From: an uncultured delta proteobacterium | GTDB taxonomy: Bacteria > Myxococcota_A > Polyangia > Polyangiales > Polyangiaceae | Length of the DNA: 64,000 bases | Assembly: GCA_963696385.1 (NCBI GenBank) | Contig: CAVOKF010000007.1 | Location: forward strand, 992,001-1,056,000 | Reading direction: 5' to 3' | Translations under genes and position numbers: made by a program | Part shown: positions 9,386 to 17,652 of the stretch, piece after piece | Numbering within the stretch: the stretch's first letter is position 1 | Layout of the letters: each line of letters opens with the position of its first letter | Notes under the pieces: model-generated | The model's database searches: none | What the model was told of the DNA's origin: nothing | The model's input: only the letters and a program-made list of their open reading frames with translations

Positions 9386-11085
9386 GCGCCACTTCTGCTT
9401 TGGCCCGGCTCGGGTCGGAGCAGCGGGAAGAGAACGACGTCTCGGATCGACGGTGCGTTGGTCAACGCCATGACGAGGCGATCCATTCCCATGCCGAAGC
9501 CTGCGGTAGGGGGCATCCCGTGCTCGAGGGCTCGCACGTAATCGTCGTCGTAGTCCATGGCGTCCGCATCCCCTCGGGCCTTTTTCTCGATCTGGGCGCG
9601 GAAGCGGTCCGCCTGGTCGTCCGGATCGTTCAGCTCGCTGAACGCGTTGCAGAGCTCGCGGCCATGGACGAAGAGCTCGAAGCGATCGGTCAGCTCGGGC
9701 CGGTCGTCATTGCGTCGCGCGAGTGGCGAGACTTCGAACGGATAGTCCTTGATGAACACCGGAACGGAATGTTTGCCGTCCCGGGTCCGGAAGTCCTCCG
9801 TCAGGAACGGCTCGGCGACGTATTCGTAGCAAGCGAACAGTCGCTCCCCGTCGCTGACGCACGCCCCCAGATTCTGGCGAAAATTGGACCAGTCGACCGA
9901 ACGCGCCCGCGGCGACGCCTGCGCCCACTCTTTGATTCGTCCGGCAAACCCCGGCTTCAACAGCGACACCAATGCGGAGCCCCCTGCCGCCTCGACTGCG
10001 GCCACCCACTCGGGGATCGCCGTACGCTCGGCCGCCAGTGCGACCGCCCGGTCCATGGGCACGCGTTCGAACGGCTCGTCGAAGGTGAATGGACGGGCTT
10101 GCTTCCACGAAGCATGCGGTCCGGGCATCGCCGCGGCAAGCCGCGCATCGATGCCGCGCAAGAGCACCTCGCCGAAATTCATCAAGTCATCGTACGTGGC
10201 ATACGCTTGATAAAATTCGAGGATGGTGAACTCGGGATTGTGACGCGTGCTGACCCCTTCGTTGCGATACGAGCGGCCGATTTCGTAGACTCGCTCCAAG
10301 CCTCCCACCACCAGGCGCTTCAAGTAGAGCTCGGGAGCGATTCGCATGAAAAGGGGCATGTCGAGCGCGTTGTGATGCGTGACGAACGGCCGCGCAACGG
10401 CGCCTCCGATGACCGAATGCATCGTTGGGGTCTCGACTTCGAGGAACCCGTGCTCTTCGAGGATTTCGCGGGTGGCTCGGATCACGTGGCTGCGGGCCCG
10501 AAAGACGTCGGCCACCTCTGGGTTGGCCACGAGATCGACATAACGTTGGCGGTAGCGCAGCTCGACGTCCGTGAGCCCGTGCCACTTCTCGGGCAGCGGC
10601 CGGTACGCCTTGGTCAGCAGTCGGAGACGACGCGGTTCGATCGACAGCTCTCCACGCTTGCTCGCGCCGAGCGAACCTTCGGCTTCGACGAAATCGCCCA
10701 CGTCCAGATCGACGAGCCGCTCGTAGTCCGCCCCCAAGACCGCCTGGCTCACGAGAAGCTGAATCTCACCCGTGCGATCCCTCAAACGCAAAAACGACAG
10801 TCCCCCCGTCGATCGGAATGCGACGATGCGTCCGCGCACGTGAAACAGTGCGTCGTGCCCCAGTGAGCGGACGCGCGCCTCGTCGTAGTGTCCCGCAGCA
10901 TCGCGCGCCGCGTCGGCCACGCTGCGCGCCTCGGCGATATCGAACGTGCGCGCGCCGAGCCGCGGCGCGACGTCGTTGGCGAAGGGCCGCTGGCCACGTT
11001 CTCGCACGCGGTCGGCTTTCGCGCGGCGAGCGTCGACGATGGCTCGTTCCGCCGGTGCGTGGCTTTTCTTCGGGTCGTCGGCCAT
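9382..11085 (-). CDS. lysS: Lysine--tRNA ligase (class II)
   Basis: LPEKWHGLTDVELRYRQRYVDL, GGAVARPFVTHHNAL, RIAPELYLKRL, RNEG..HNPEFT, GMPPTAGFGMGMDRL. ATG at 11085. Confidence 0.96.
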   Translation of the reverse strand: MADDPKKSHAPAERAIVDARRAKADRVRERGQRPFANDVAPRLGARTFDIAEARSVADAARDAAGHYDEARVRSLGHDALFHVRGRIVAFRSTGGLSFLRLRDRTGEIQLLVSQAVLGADYERLVDLDVGDFVEAEGSLGASKRGELSIEPRRLRLLTKAYRPLPEKWHGLTDVELRYRQRYVDLVANPEVADVFRARSHVIRATREILEEHGFLEVETPTMHSVIGGAVARPFVTHHNALDMPLFMRIAPELYLKRLVVGGLERVYEIGRSYRNEGVSTRHNPEFTILEFYQAYATYDDLMNFGEVLLRGIDARLAAAMPGPHASWKQARPFTFDEPFERVPMDRAVALAAERTAIPEWVAAVEAAGGSALVSLLKPGFAGRIKEWAQASPRARSVDWSNFRQNLGACVSDGERLFACYEYVAEPFLTEDFRTRDGKHSVPVFIKDYPFEVSPLARRNDDRPELTDRFELFVHGRELCNAFSELNDPDDQADRFRAQIEKKARGDADAMDYDDDYVRALEHGMPPTAGFGMGMDRLVMALTNAPSIRDVVLFPLLRPEPGQSRSGA

Positions 11086-11152
11086 CCATGCTCTCCGCGT
11101 TCTGGGACGGTGGCGTACGGTTCGGCGCGATAGAGGCGCCGACCGTCCGCGC

Positions 11153-12296
11153 CTACGGCGCGTCCGCTTCGTCCGTGACGCCGCCTTTCCGCAGCGTGCC
11201 GCCGGCGGCGGCGAGCAGGTACGCCTCGATGAACTCGTCGAGTTGGCCGTCGAGCACCGCGTCGACATTGCCGTTCTGATGCGAAGTGCGAAGATCTTTC
11301 ACGAGTCGATACGGCTGCAGGACGTAACTGCGGATTTGATTGCCCCAGGCAATTTGGGCCTTGTTGGCCGCTTGTGCGGCAGCCTGGTCTTCACGTTTCT
11401 GCATTTCGATCTCGTAGAGTTTGCCCTTCAGCATCTTGAGCGCCATTCGGCGGTTCTGGTGTTGCGAGCGCTCCGCGCGGCAGACGATGACGATGCCGCT
11501 CGGCAGGTGCTTCATTCGGACGGCCGTCTCCACCTTGTTGACGTTCTGGCCACCCTTGCCGCCGGCCCGCATGGTGGTGATCTCCAGGTCCTCGTCCTTC
11601 ACTTGGATGTCGATTTCGTCCTCGATGTCCGGCGTGACTTCAATGGCCGCAAAGGCCGTCTGCCGGCGCGCGTTCGCGTCGAACGGCGAAATGCGAACCA
11701 GACGGTGCACGCCATTTTCGCTGCGCAGGTAACCGAACGCGTGGTCGCCCTGGACACTGAAGCTCGCACCGTCGATTCCCGCCTCCAGTCCCTCCTGGTA
11801 GTCGATGATCTCGGTCTTGTAGCCCCGGCGCTCGCACCAGCGAAGATACATGCGAAGAAGCATCTGCGCCCAGTCTTTGGCATCGGTTCCGCCGGTTCCG
11901 GGATGGATGCTCACAATCGCGTTCGCGTGGTCGACCGGGCCGGAGAGCATTCGCGCGAGCTCCGCCTCGCGAACACGCACCGCGAGCTTGGGAATCTGCG
12001 CTTCGGCTTCGGCTACCGTGGCGTCGTCGCCCTCCGCAGCGCCCAGTTCGAGCAGCACGGACCCGTCGTCCACGTCGCGCGACAGCTTGTCGATGGCGCC
12101 GATCTGCTGCTCGAGGTTCGAACGGCGCCGCGTGACCGTTTGCGCCTTCTTGGGGTCGTCCCAGAACCCCGGCGTCAGCGTTTCACGCTCCAAATCGGAA
12201 ATCTGGGCCGTGAGCTTGGGGATGTCAAAGATGCCCCCTTAGCGCCATAAGGCGCCGTTGGAGGTCGGCAATTTGGTCGCGCGACTCGCTGATCAT
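11153..12296 (-). CDS. prfB: Peptide chain release factor 2, expressed through a programmed +1 frameshift
   Basis: Frame 0 gives [23 protein letters not shown] then CTT TGA C (12230-12224), with internal SD AGGGGG (12239-12234). The +1 frame continues DIPKLTAQ... through SPF and GGQ motifs. Confidence 0.96.
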
Positions 12297-12360
12297 CGGA
12301 ATCCGCTGAAGTCCCGCCCACTCGTCTAACGGCGCGATTCGCTCGGGTCAAGGTAAGCCT

Positions 12361-12462
<102 letters not shown>

Positions 12463-12478
12463 CGCGGGGAGGAGTAGG

Positions 12479-13270
12479 GTGGTCGACGTGACGTGGACTT
12501 CCCGCCCAATCGACGATGGGCCGCGACGCCTCGTGCTGCGCGAGGACGGCGGCGTCTATGAGCTCGTCTGCGGCAACGTCGTGCTCCTTTCGAGCGCCGC
12601 TCTCGAGACGGAACTCGCGTTCGGCCGGCTCGCGGCACGCTACCTGACCGAATCGGGGACGACCCAAGCGCAGCACGTCCTGATCGGAGGCCTCGGCTTC
12701 GGCGCCACGCTCCGCGGGGTGCTCGACGTCGTCGACCCCAACGCACGCGTGGCCGTCGTCGAGAAGGTCGCCGCCGTCGAGCGGCTCGCTCGGGGAGAGC
12801 TCGCGGCGATCGCGGGCCGGCCGCTCGACGACCCGCGCGTGACTGTCGTCATCGGCGACGTGAGCGATGTCCTGTCGCGCCAGGCAGGAGGCGTCGACCT
12901 CATCCTGCTCGACGTCGACAACGGCCCGCATTGGGCAAGCTTTCGCAGCAACGCACGGCTTTACGCTCCGGCCGGCCTCGCCACGGCCATGCGCGCTCTG
13001 GTACCGGGAGGCTCGCTCGGCGTATGGAGCGGATACCCGGCCGACGGCTTTCTCGCCCGCCTGCGCGACGCGGACTTCGCGCCCTCCTGCGTGGCCATTC
13101 GCGAACGCGGGCGCGTGCGCGCCCGAGCGTACGTCGGTACCAAGCCCCGGTCGGGTGCTGGGGCCACTTGCTCGATCCCCCGTCCAAGCGCCACCATCGT
13201 GCACGATGCGTCCCGCGGACCTGCTGGCCCAGATCCCGCTATTTCAGTCGCTCGTCGACGACGACCGTGA
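12479..13270 (+). CDS. Spermidine synthase-like SAM-dependent methyltransferase-fold protein
   Basis: GGAGGAG RBS before GTG; VLIGGLGFGATL, VVEK, GDV and DLILLDVDNGP motifs. Confidence 0.75.
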   Translation: MVDVTWTSRPIDDGPRRLVLREDGGVYELVCGNVVLLSSAALETELAFGRLAARYLTESGTTQAQHVLIGGLGFGATLRGVLDVVDPNARVAVVEKVAAVERLARGELAAIAGRPLDDPRVTVVIGDVSDVLSRQAGGVDLILLDVDNGPHWASFRSNARLYAPAGLATAMRALVPGGSLGVWSGYPADGFLARLRDADFAPSCVAIRERGRVRARAYVGTKPRSGAGATCSIPRPSATIVHDASRGPAGPDPAISVARRRRP

Positions 13271-14141
13271 AGCGCTGGCCGCACGGCTCACCGAGAAGAG
13301 CCTGCGGGCGGGCGACATCGTGTTCTCGAAGGACGACCCGGGTTCATCGATGTACGTCGTGCAGTCGGGCGCCGTCCAAGTCTACTTGCCGAGCGATGCA
13401 GGAGCACCGCCGGTCGTACTCAAGGACCTACGCACGGGCGAATTCTTCGGTGAGCTGGCACTCTTCGACGATAAACCGCGGAGCGCGAGCGTCCGCGCTC
13501 TGGTGGATACGGTCTTGCTCGAGCTGACGCGCGAGGAGCTCGGCGAGCACCTGAGTCGCTCCACCCGAGCGGCCATGACCATCTTGGCCGAAATGGCCGA
13601 GCGATTGCGCGAGACGAACGCGCTGCTCGGCCAACGAGCGGCCAAGGACGTCGTCCGCGAATTCGAGGAGAACCTGACCTGGGGCCAGCGCCTCGCCGAC
13701 AAAGTGGCGGAGCTCAATGGCAGCTGGGCCTTCATCTTGATGCTCTTGGGCTTGACGGTCGTCTGGTGCTGCGTGAACGCCCCCTCTTGGGCCGAGCGCG
13801 TCGGCATCTACACACGCGACGCACAGGGCAACGTGACGGGGTTCGATCCGTACCCTTTCATCCTGTACAATTTGGTCCTTGCCATTCTGGTCTCGCTTCA
13901 GGGACCGCTCATCGTGATGAGCCAGAATCGCCAATCGGCCAAGGATCGGGCCAAGGCGGACGTCGACTTTCGGGTCAACTTGAAGAACGAAATCGGAATC
14001 GAGCGGATGCTCGCCGAGCTCGGGGCCATGCGCGCAGAAACCAACAAGCGCCTCGAGGTGCTCGAACGCTGGGCGCGCGCGGAGCGGGTCAGGGCAGAAG
14101 TGCCTGCGAAAACACCGGGCGGACCGCTCGGAACCGCCTAG
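13206..14141 (+). CDS. Cyclic nucleotide-binding domain + DUF1003 membrane protein
   Basis: cNMP domain GEFFGELALFDDKPRSASVRA; DUF1003 part GQRLADKVAELNGSW, FDPYPFILYNL, QGPLIVMSQNRQ. Confidence 0.85.
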   Translation: MRPADLLAQIPLFQSLVDDDREALAARLTEKSLRAGDIVFSKDDPGSSMYVVQSGAVQVYLPSDAGAPPVVLKDLRTGEFFGELALFDDKPRSASVRALVDTVLLELTREELGEHLSRSTRAAMTILAEMAERLRETNALLGQRAAKDVVREFEENLTWGQRLADKVAELNGSWAFILMLLGLTVVWCCVNAPSWAERVGIYTRDAQGNVTGFDPYPFILYNLVLAILVSLQGPLIVMSQNRQSAKDRAKADVDFRVNLKNEIGIERMLAELGAMRAETNKRLEVLERWARAERVRAEVPAKTPGGPLGTA

Positions 14142-14250
14142 CCCGCACGAACGGGCCGACAGCGGAGTGGAGACCCGCGGGCCGAGCGCGTATCCCTTGA
14201 GCGACCGCGGCCGGTCCGCTAGAGCGCTGCCTTTTGGATACCGCCAACCC

Positions 14251-15534
14251 ATGCTCGACATCCAATTCATCCGCGACAATGCCGACCAGGTCCGTGCGGC
14301 GATCGCGAACAAGGGGCTCGACCTCGATCTCGACCTGGTACTCGACGCGGATCGGGAGCGTCGAGAGGCGACGCGCGATCTCGAACGACAGCGCGCGCGA
14401 AAGAACGAGCTGTCCGCGCTCATCCCCAAGGCCGCCAAGGACGACCGTCCGAAGCTCGTGGACGAGGCCCGGCAAGTGCGGACCGCCATCGAACTACTGG
14501 AGCCGCGACTGAACGAAATTCAGCGGAGGTTCTTGGACCTCATGCTGCGCGTGCCGAGCGTGCCTCGGCCCGAAGTGCCCCTCGGCCAGGGCGAGGAGCA
14601 CAATGTCGAGATTCGTCGCGTCGGGACGCCACCCCGGTTCGACTTCGCGCCCAAAGACCACGTGACGCTTCTCGAATCGCTCGGCTACGTCGAGTGGGAA
14701 GGGCCGCGGCGGTTCGCCGGCGCCCGCTCTTACGCCCTCGTGGGCCTGGGGGCGCTGCTCGAGATGGCCGTGCTGCGCTTGGCCGTCGACACGTTGGTCG
14801 AGCGCGGGCTGAAACTGGTCGCGCCGCCCGTGATGGTCAAGGAGCGCGCCATGGTCGGCACGGGGTTCTTCCCGCTCGGCCGGGAGGAAGCCTACGCCAT
14901 TACGGCCGATGAGCTATTTCTGATCGGTACGAGCGAAGTTCCCCTCGTCAGCATGCACTGCGATGAAACGCTCGACCTCGACCGGCTGCCCCTTAAGTAC
15001 GCAGGAATCTCGCCCTGCTTTCGCCGCGAAGCCGGGGCCCACGGCAAGGACACGCGCGGCTTGTACCGGGTGCATCAGTTCACCAAGGTCGAGCAGGTCG
15101 TTTTTTGCGAGCCCGATGAAGCGGTCGCCGAAAAGCACCACTACGAACTGCTCGGCAACGCCGAGGCCATTCTCGCCAAGCTCGAGATTCCCTACCGAGT
15201 CATGATCGCGTGCACGGGCGAGATCGGCCAAGGCCAAACACGAAAGCACGAAATCGAGTCTTGGATGCCGGGGCGAAATGCCTACAGCGAGACGCACTCG
15301 TGCTCGACGCTCGGGGACTTCCAATGCCGACGATCGAACATCCGCGTTCGGCGGTCACGAGAAGGATCACAGGGCGAACTGTCGTATCCGTACACGCTGA
15401 ACAACACCGCCATCGCGAGCCCGCGCATTCTCATCCCGCTGCTCGAGAACCACCAAAGGGGCGACGGCACCGTCAGCCTACCCAAGGCCCTGGTCCCCTA
15501 TTTGTCGGGTACCGAACGGCTCATCCCACGGTGA
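14251..15534 (+). CDS. serS: Serine--tRNA ligase
   Basis: MLDIQFIR N-terminal coiled-coil arm, GTSE, CFRREAGAHGKDTRGLYRVHQFTKVEQ, ETHSCS, TLNNTAIASPR. Confidence 0.96.
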   Translation: MLDIQFIRDNADQVRAAIANKGLDLDLDLVLDADRERREATRDLERQRARKNELSALIPKAAKDDRPKLVDEARQVRTAIELLEPRLNEIQRRFLDLMLRVPSVPRPEVPLGQGEEHNVEIRRVGTPPRFDFAPKDHVTLLESLGYVEWEGPRRFAGARSYALVGLGALLEMAVLRLAVDTLVERGLKLVAPPVMVKERAMVGTGFFPLGREEAYAITADELFLIGTSEVPLVSMHCDETLDLDRLPLKYAGISPCFRREAGAHGKDTRGLYRVHQFTKVEQVVFCEPDEAVAEKHHYELLGNAEAILAKLEIPYRVMIACTGEIGQGQTRKHEIESWMPGRNAYSETHSCSTLGDFQCRRSNIRVRRSREGSQGELSYPYTLNNTAIASPRILIPLLENHQRGDGTVSLPKALVPYLSGTERLIPR

Positions 15535-15668
15535 GCGTCTGGGCCGTAGCAAGCCCACCGCGCGCGGGGTATTTCGAGCGGCTGGATCGTGCGCCCGTTA
15601 CCGGCAAAAATTCTGGCTTTTTCGCGGGCTGTAAGCCCAGCCGGGGGCAGCGATCCGAAACATATTGC

Positions 15669-15697
15669 TTGACGCGGCGCACAGGTCCCTTCACCCT
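15669..15697 (+). promoter_or_regulatory. Putative sigma70-type promoter of the ilv-leu operon
   Basis: TTGACG (15669-15674), 17-bp spacer, weak -10 CACCCT (15692-15697), ending 8 nt before the leader ATG. Confidence 0.45.
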
Positions 15698-15705
15698 TCG
15701 TCCTG

Positions 15706-15843
15706 ATGTTTCGCTTGGGTGCTTCGGAAACTCCGTGCGTCGTCCCCGCCCCGGGACGCGGTATCGTCGTAGTTTCTGGCGTATGTGTCGCCCTCGTATC
15801 GGGCCTCGCGCTTATTGGGCCTGGGTGCGGGCCGCCGAGCTGA
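15706..15843 (+). CDS. Val/Ile/Leu-rich attenuator leader peptide (45 aa)
   Basis: MFRLGASETPCVVPAPGRGIVVVSGVCVALVSGLALIGPGCGPPS*; 11 of codons 20-37 are I/V/L, including GTA, GTT, CTT, ATT; followed by a terminator upstream of ilvD. Confidence 0.85.
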   Translation: MFRLGASETPCVVPAPGRGIVVVSGVCVALVSGLALIGPGCGPPS

Positions 15844-15864
15844 GGCTTCCTCCTCCACCTTCGG

Positions 15865-15902
15865 CCCCCGCACCCCAGAAAGGGGAGCGGGGGTTTTTTT
15901 TT
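15865..15902 (+). terminator. Attenuator intrinsic terminator
   Basis: CCCCCGC-A-CCCC, loop AGAAA, GGGG-A-GCGGGGG, then T9. The 5' arm (15867-15875) is also complementary to GGGTGCGGG at 15823-15831 (antiterminator). Confidence 0.9.
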
Positions 15903-15942
15903 GACCTTTCGTTTGAACCGATTTTCCACACGAGACAAGCCG

Positions 15943-17652
15943 ATGCGAAGCGACCTTCTGAAAAAGGGACCCTCTCGAGCGCCGGCACGCGCCATGCTGA
16001 AGGCGGCCGGTTTCACGGACGCCGACCTCGAAAAACCGTTCATCGGTGTGGCGAACACCTGGACCGAGGTGACGCCGTGCAACGTGCACCTGCGAGCGCT
16101 TGCCGAGAAGGTCAAAGACGGGATTCGGCAAGCGGGCGGCACGCCGGTCGAGTTCAATACGATTGCCATTTCCGACGGGATCACGATGGGCACGGAGGGG
16201 ATGCGCGCATCGCTCGTCTCCCGAGAGGTGATCGCGGACTCGATCGAGCTGTTCGCGTTGGGACACCTGCTCGACGGGATCGTCGCACTTTCTGGTTGCG
16301 ACAAAACCATCCCTGGCACGGTCATGGCCCTGGCGCGCGCCGACGTGCCTTCGCTCATGCTGTACGGCGGGGCGATCGCGCCGGGCCGGTTCGCCGGGCG
16401 CGACGTCACGATTCAGGACGTCTTCGAGGCCGTCGGCGCCAACGCGGCCGGCCGAATGACGGCCAGCGACCTGCGCCTGCTCGAAGACCAGGCCTGTCCG
16501 GGTGCGGGGGCTTGCGGCGGGCAATACACGGCCAACACGATGGCCACCGCCATCGCCTTCCTCGGATTGTCGCCGCTCGGTGCGAACGAAGTCCCGGCGA
16601 CGGACCCCAAAAAGGACGACGTCGCGCGCGCTTGCGGACGTGCGGTGATGCGCATGGTGCATGAGGACCTTCGGCCCCACAGCCTCATCACGAGACAATC
16701 TCTCGAGAACGCCATCGTCTCGGCTTCGGCGACCGCCGGATCGACCAACGCCGTCCTGCATCTCTTGGCGATCGCGCGCGAAGCCGGAGTGCCGCTCACG
16801 ATCGACGATTTCGACCCCATCTCGGCGCGCACCCCGGTCATCGCCGACCTCAAGCCGGGCGGCCGCTTCACGGCCGTCGACATGCACCGGGCCGGAGGCG
16901 AGCGGCTGCTGGGGCTGCGCCTTCGGGACGCGGGTCTCCTGAGCGATACTCCGACGTGCACGGGGCGCACCCTTTTCGAGGAGGTCGCCGATGCCCGCGA
17001 AGAGCCGGGACAGAAGGTCATTTACTCCGTCGCCACGGCGATCAAGCCACGCGGAGGCTTTGCCATTTTGCGCGGAAGCTTGGCGCCCGAAGGCTGCGTT
17101 CTGAAGCTCGCGGGGCACAACCGGGATCAGCACGTCGGACCGGCTCGTGTCTTCGACGGCGAAGAGGCTGCATTCGCCGCCGTGCAGGCCGGAAAGGTCC
17201 GGGCGGGAGACGTCGTCGTCATCCGCTACGAGGGTCCACGCGGCGGACCGGGCATGCGCGAAATGCTGGCGGTGACGGCGGCCATCGTGGGCCGCGGGCT
17301 CGGTGACTCCGTCGCGCTCGTGACCGACGGGCGCTTCAGCGGGGCGACCTACGGGATGATGGCCGGCCACGTTGCACCCGAAGCTGAGGACGGCGGCCCG
17401 ATCGCCTTGCTCCGCGACGGCGACATCGTCCGGATCGACGTGGCCGCACGCCGGCTCGAGGTCGACGTGGATCTACGAGCGCGCGCCGCCGAGTTCGTAC
17501 CTCGTGCCGCCACGCGACTGGGCGGCGTGCTCGGCAAGTACGCCGCACTGGTTTCGTCCGCGTCCGAAGGTGCGATCACGCGGCCGCCAGCGGTCCTCGA
17601 TTCGTCCGCCAAGAGCGGAGCGGTCTTGCCCGGAGGACAATGTCATGGCTGA
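15943..17652 (+). CDS. ilvD: Dihydroxy-acid dehydratase
   Basis: TPCNVHL, ISDGITMGTEGMRASLVSRE, GCDKTIPG, GACGGQYTANTM, RYEGPRGGPGMREM, TDGRFSG. Confidence 0.96.
   Translation: MRSDLLKKGPSRAPARAMLKAAGFTDADLEKPFIGVANTWTEVTPCNVHLRALAEKVKDGIRQAGGTPVEFNTIAISDGITMGTEGMRASLVSREVIADSIELFALGHLLDGIVALSGCDKTIPGTVMALARADVPSLMLYGGAIAPGRFAGRDVTIQDVFEAVGANAAGRMTASDLRLLEDQACPGAGACGGQYTANTMATAIAFLGLSPLGANEVPATDPKKDDVARACGRAVMRMVHEDLRPHSLITRQSLENAIVSASATAGSTNAVLHLLAIAREAGVPLTIDDFDPISARTPVIADLKPGGRFTAVDMHRAGGERLLGLRLRDAGLLSDTPTCTGRTLFEEVADAREEPGQKVIYSVATAIKPRGGFAILRGSLAPEGCVLKLAGHNRDQHVGPARVFDGEEAAFAAVQAGKVRAGDVVVIRYEGPRGGPGMREMLAVTAAIVGRGLGDSVALVTDGRFSGATYGMMAGHVAPEAEDGGPIALLRDGDIVRIDVAARRLEVDVDLRARAAEFVPRAATRLGGVLGKYAALVSSASEGAITRPPAVLDSSAKSGAVLPGGQCHG

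Noticed and set aside
11153..12193. prfB as a truncated gene or pseudogene
   Set aside because: The missing N-terminus lies upstream in another frame, joined by the canonical SD + CTT TGA C programmed frameshift.
14142..14250. T-box riboswitch upstream of serS (also considered for lysS and trpS)
   Set aside because: Leaders are short, with no T-box consensus and no terminator with a U-tract.
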